Shown piece after piece: positions 43,544 to 44,338 of a stretch of DNA of 44,338 nt. Position 1 is the stretch's first letter; each line of letters begins with the position of its first letter. This DNA is from a virus (lineage: Duplodnaviria; Caudoviricetes). The notes beneath the pieces are model-generated. The model saw only the letters and a program-made list of their open reading frames with translations, searched no databases and was not told where the DNA came from. Location: IMG/VR virus record IMGVR_UViG_3300049202_000013, positions 1-44,338 of that record; one strand, written 5' to 3'. Both the position numbers and the translations under genes were made by a program.

Positions 43544-43585
43544 AACTCATTTCGTGTTGACGAATAACACATAACGAGTTAATTT
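43544..43585 (+). promoter_or_regulatory. OL/pL: two 15 bp operators and promoter
   Basis: AACTC-N5-GTGTT (43544) and AACAC-N5-GAGTT (43566), 22 bp apart; TTGACG-17-TAATTT with AT-rich UP region. Confidence 0.8.
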
Positions 43586-43602
43586 GATCTCAAGGCAACC
43601 AA

Positions 43603-43815
43603 ATGACGGAAATGACGCAAATGGCATGGTTCATCGATCCCTTCGCAAAACGCCGCTTCAACGATGTGGTGATCAGCAGCGCGAACGAAGCCCTGCCATC
43701 ACTCATTCAGCGCGTGCCGGTTGATCAGCCGATCAATGCCGAGCAGATCGCCGATGCGGCCTACGCAATTGCATCCGCGATGGCCAAGAAAGCCGTCGAA
43801 CACAAACTGATTTAA
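43603..43815 (+). CDS. Hypothetical protein, first gene of the pL operon
   Basis: 70 aa ORF directly after pL. Confidence 0.6.
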   Translation: MTEMTQMAWFIDPFAKRRFNDVVISSANEALPSLIQRVPVDQPINAEQIADAAYAIASAMAKKAVEHKLI

Positions 43816-43862
43816 CCGAGGGGATGATGATGAAAAGCACAACGGCAAACGAGGAGCGGATG

Positions 43863-44338
43863 ATGGCAATGCTCAGTTACCACAACGACCAATCGATTAA
43901 AGATAAATACGTTGCGCGCTTCGCTGAACATCGTCGTCTTGATCAAGTAATTCAAGGGACAGGTTTCGATAACGGTCGAGGCTGCTTTGTTGGCTGCACC
44001 CTCGATGCGTATGACCATTCGCGCTTTCCCGTTGAGCTTGGCTGGCCTGAATGGCTGGCGCGATTGGCAGACGCGATTTTCGAGGGATTACCTAAAGACG
44101 AAGCGCCTCAATTCGGCACCGACTTGCTCGATTCAGTGCCGGTCGGAATTGATCTAGAGCCGGTGCGCCATCTTATCGCGTTACGTCGCATAGACCGATT
44201 GATCGCCTTGCAGCACGGCAATGCCGGAAAGCACGGCGATCAAATTAACGACGCTATTAACGGAGCTATTTCCGCGCTCCAAATTGTTCGCCGCTGCCAC
44301 GAAGCCGAGATTGGCGGCAACCAGTGTGACTGGTCGGC
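43863..44338 (+). CDS. Hypothetical phage protein, truncated at the window end
   Basis: MAMLSYHND...GRGCFVGCTL...PEWLARLADAIFEGLP...CDWS, open to the end; GAGGAG RBS. Confidence 0.75.
   Translation, partial: MAMLSYHNDQSIKDKYVARFAEHRRLDQVIQGTGFDNGRGCFVGCTLDAYDHSRFPVELGWPEWLARLADAIFEGLPKDEAPQFGTDLLDSVPVGIDLEPVRHLIALRRIDRLIALQHGNAGKHGDQINDAINGAISALQIVRRCHEAEIGGNQCDWS

Overview
This window looks like an almost complete, circularly permuted genome (~44 kb) of a temperate lambdoid phage with a P22-like short-tailed (podovirus) virion module. The host is probably a gamma- or betaproteobacterium, inferred from a CTGT-N8-ACAG SOS box, a SutA-like domain and sigma70-type promoters. The + strand carries the early-left operon (43.6 kb to the end, continuing 1-8.7 kb): HNH, Bet/Exo/SSB recombination genes, an array of small genes bounded by repeats, xis and int. 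It is followed by an intact attP (3' half of tRNA-Leu-TAA with arm repeats on both sides), a GIY-YIG gene and a GT4 glycosyltransferase. The - strand carries cro/cII-like genes, O/P-type replication, nin genes, a Q-like gene with pR'/tR', lysis genes, two large Ig/FN3/cadherin proteins, terminase, portal, GroES, scaffold, capsid, tail hub and needle, a 2OG-Fe(II) hydroxylase plus GNAT pair, ejection proteins and a tailspike. The immunity region has a CI without a recognisable autocleavage domain, five 15-bp operators, a BrnT/BrnA-like toxin-antitoxin pair and a small gene behind a LexA box. The most unusual signals are: (1) an ordered array of gene cassettes joined by short repeats that encode their own C-termini and the next RBS, (2) a conserved GUGA-tetraloop hairpin upstream of four late genes, (3) a two-state RNA switch over the glycosyltransferase RBS, (4) a candidate LexA-to-antirepressor induction circuit, and (5) a candidate virion-modification module. 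All product calls come from motif recognition and gene order; no database searches were run.
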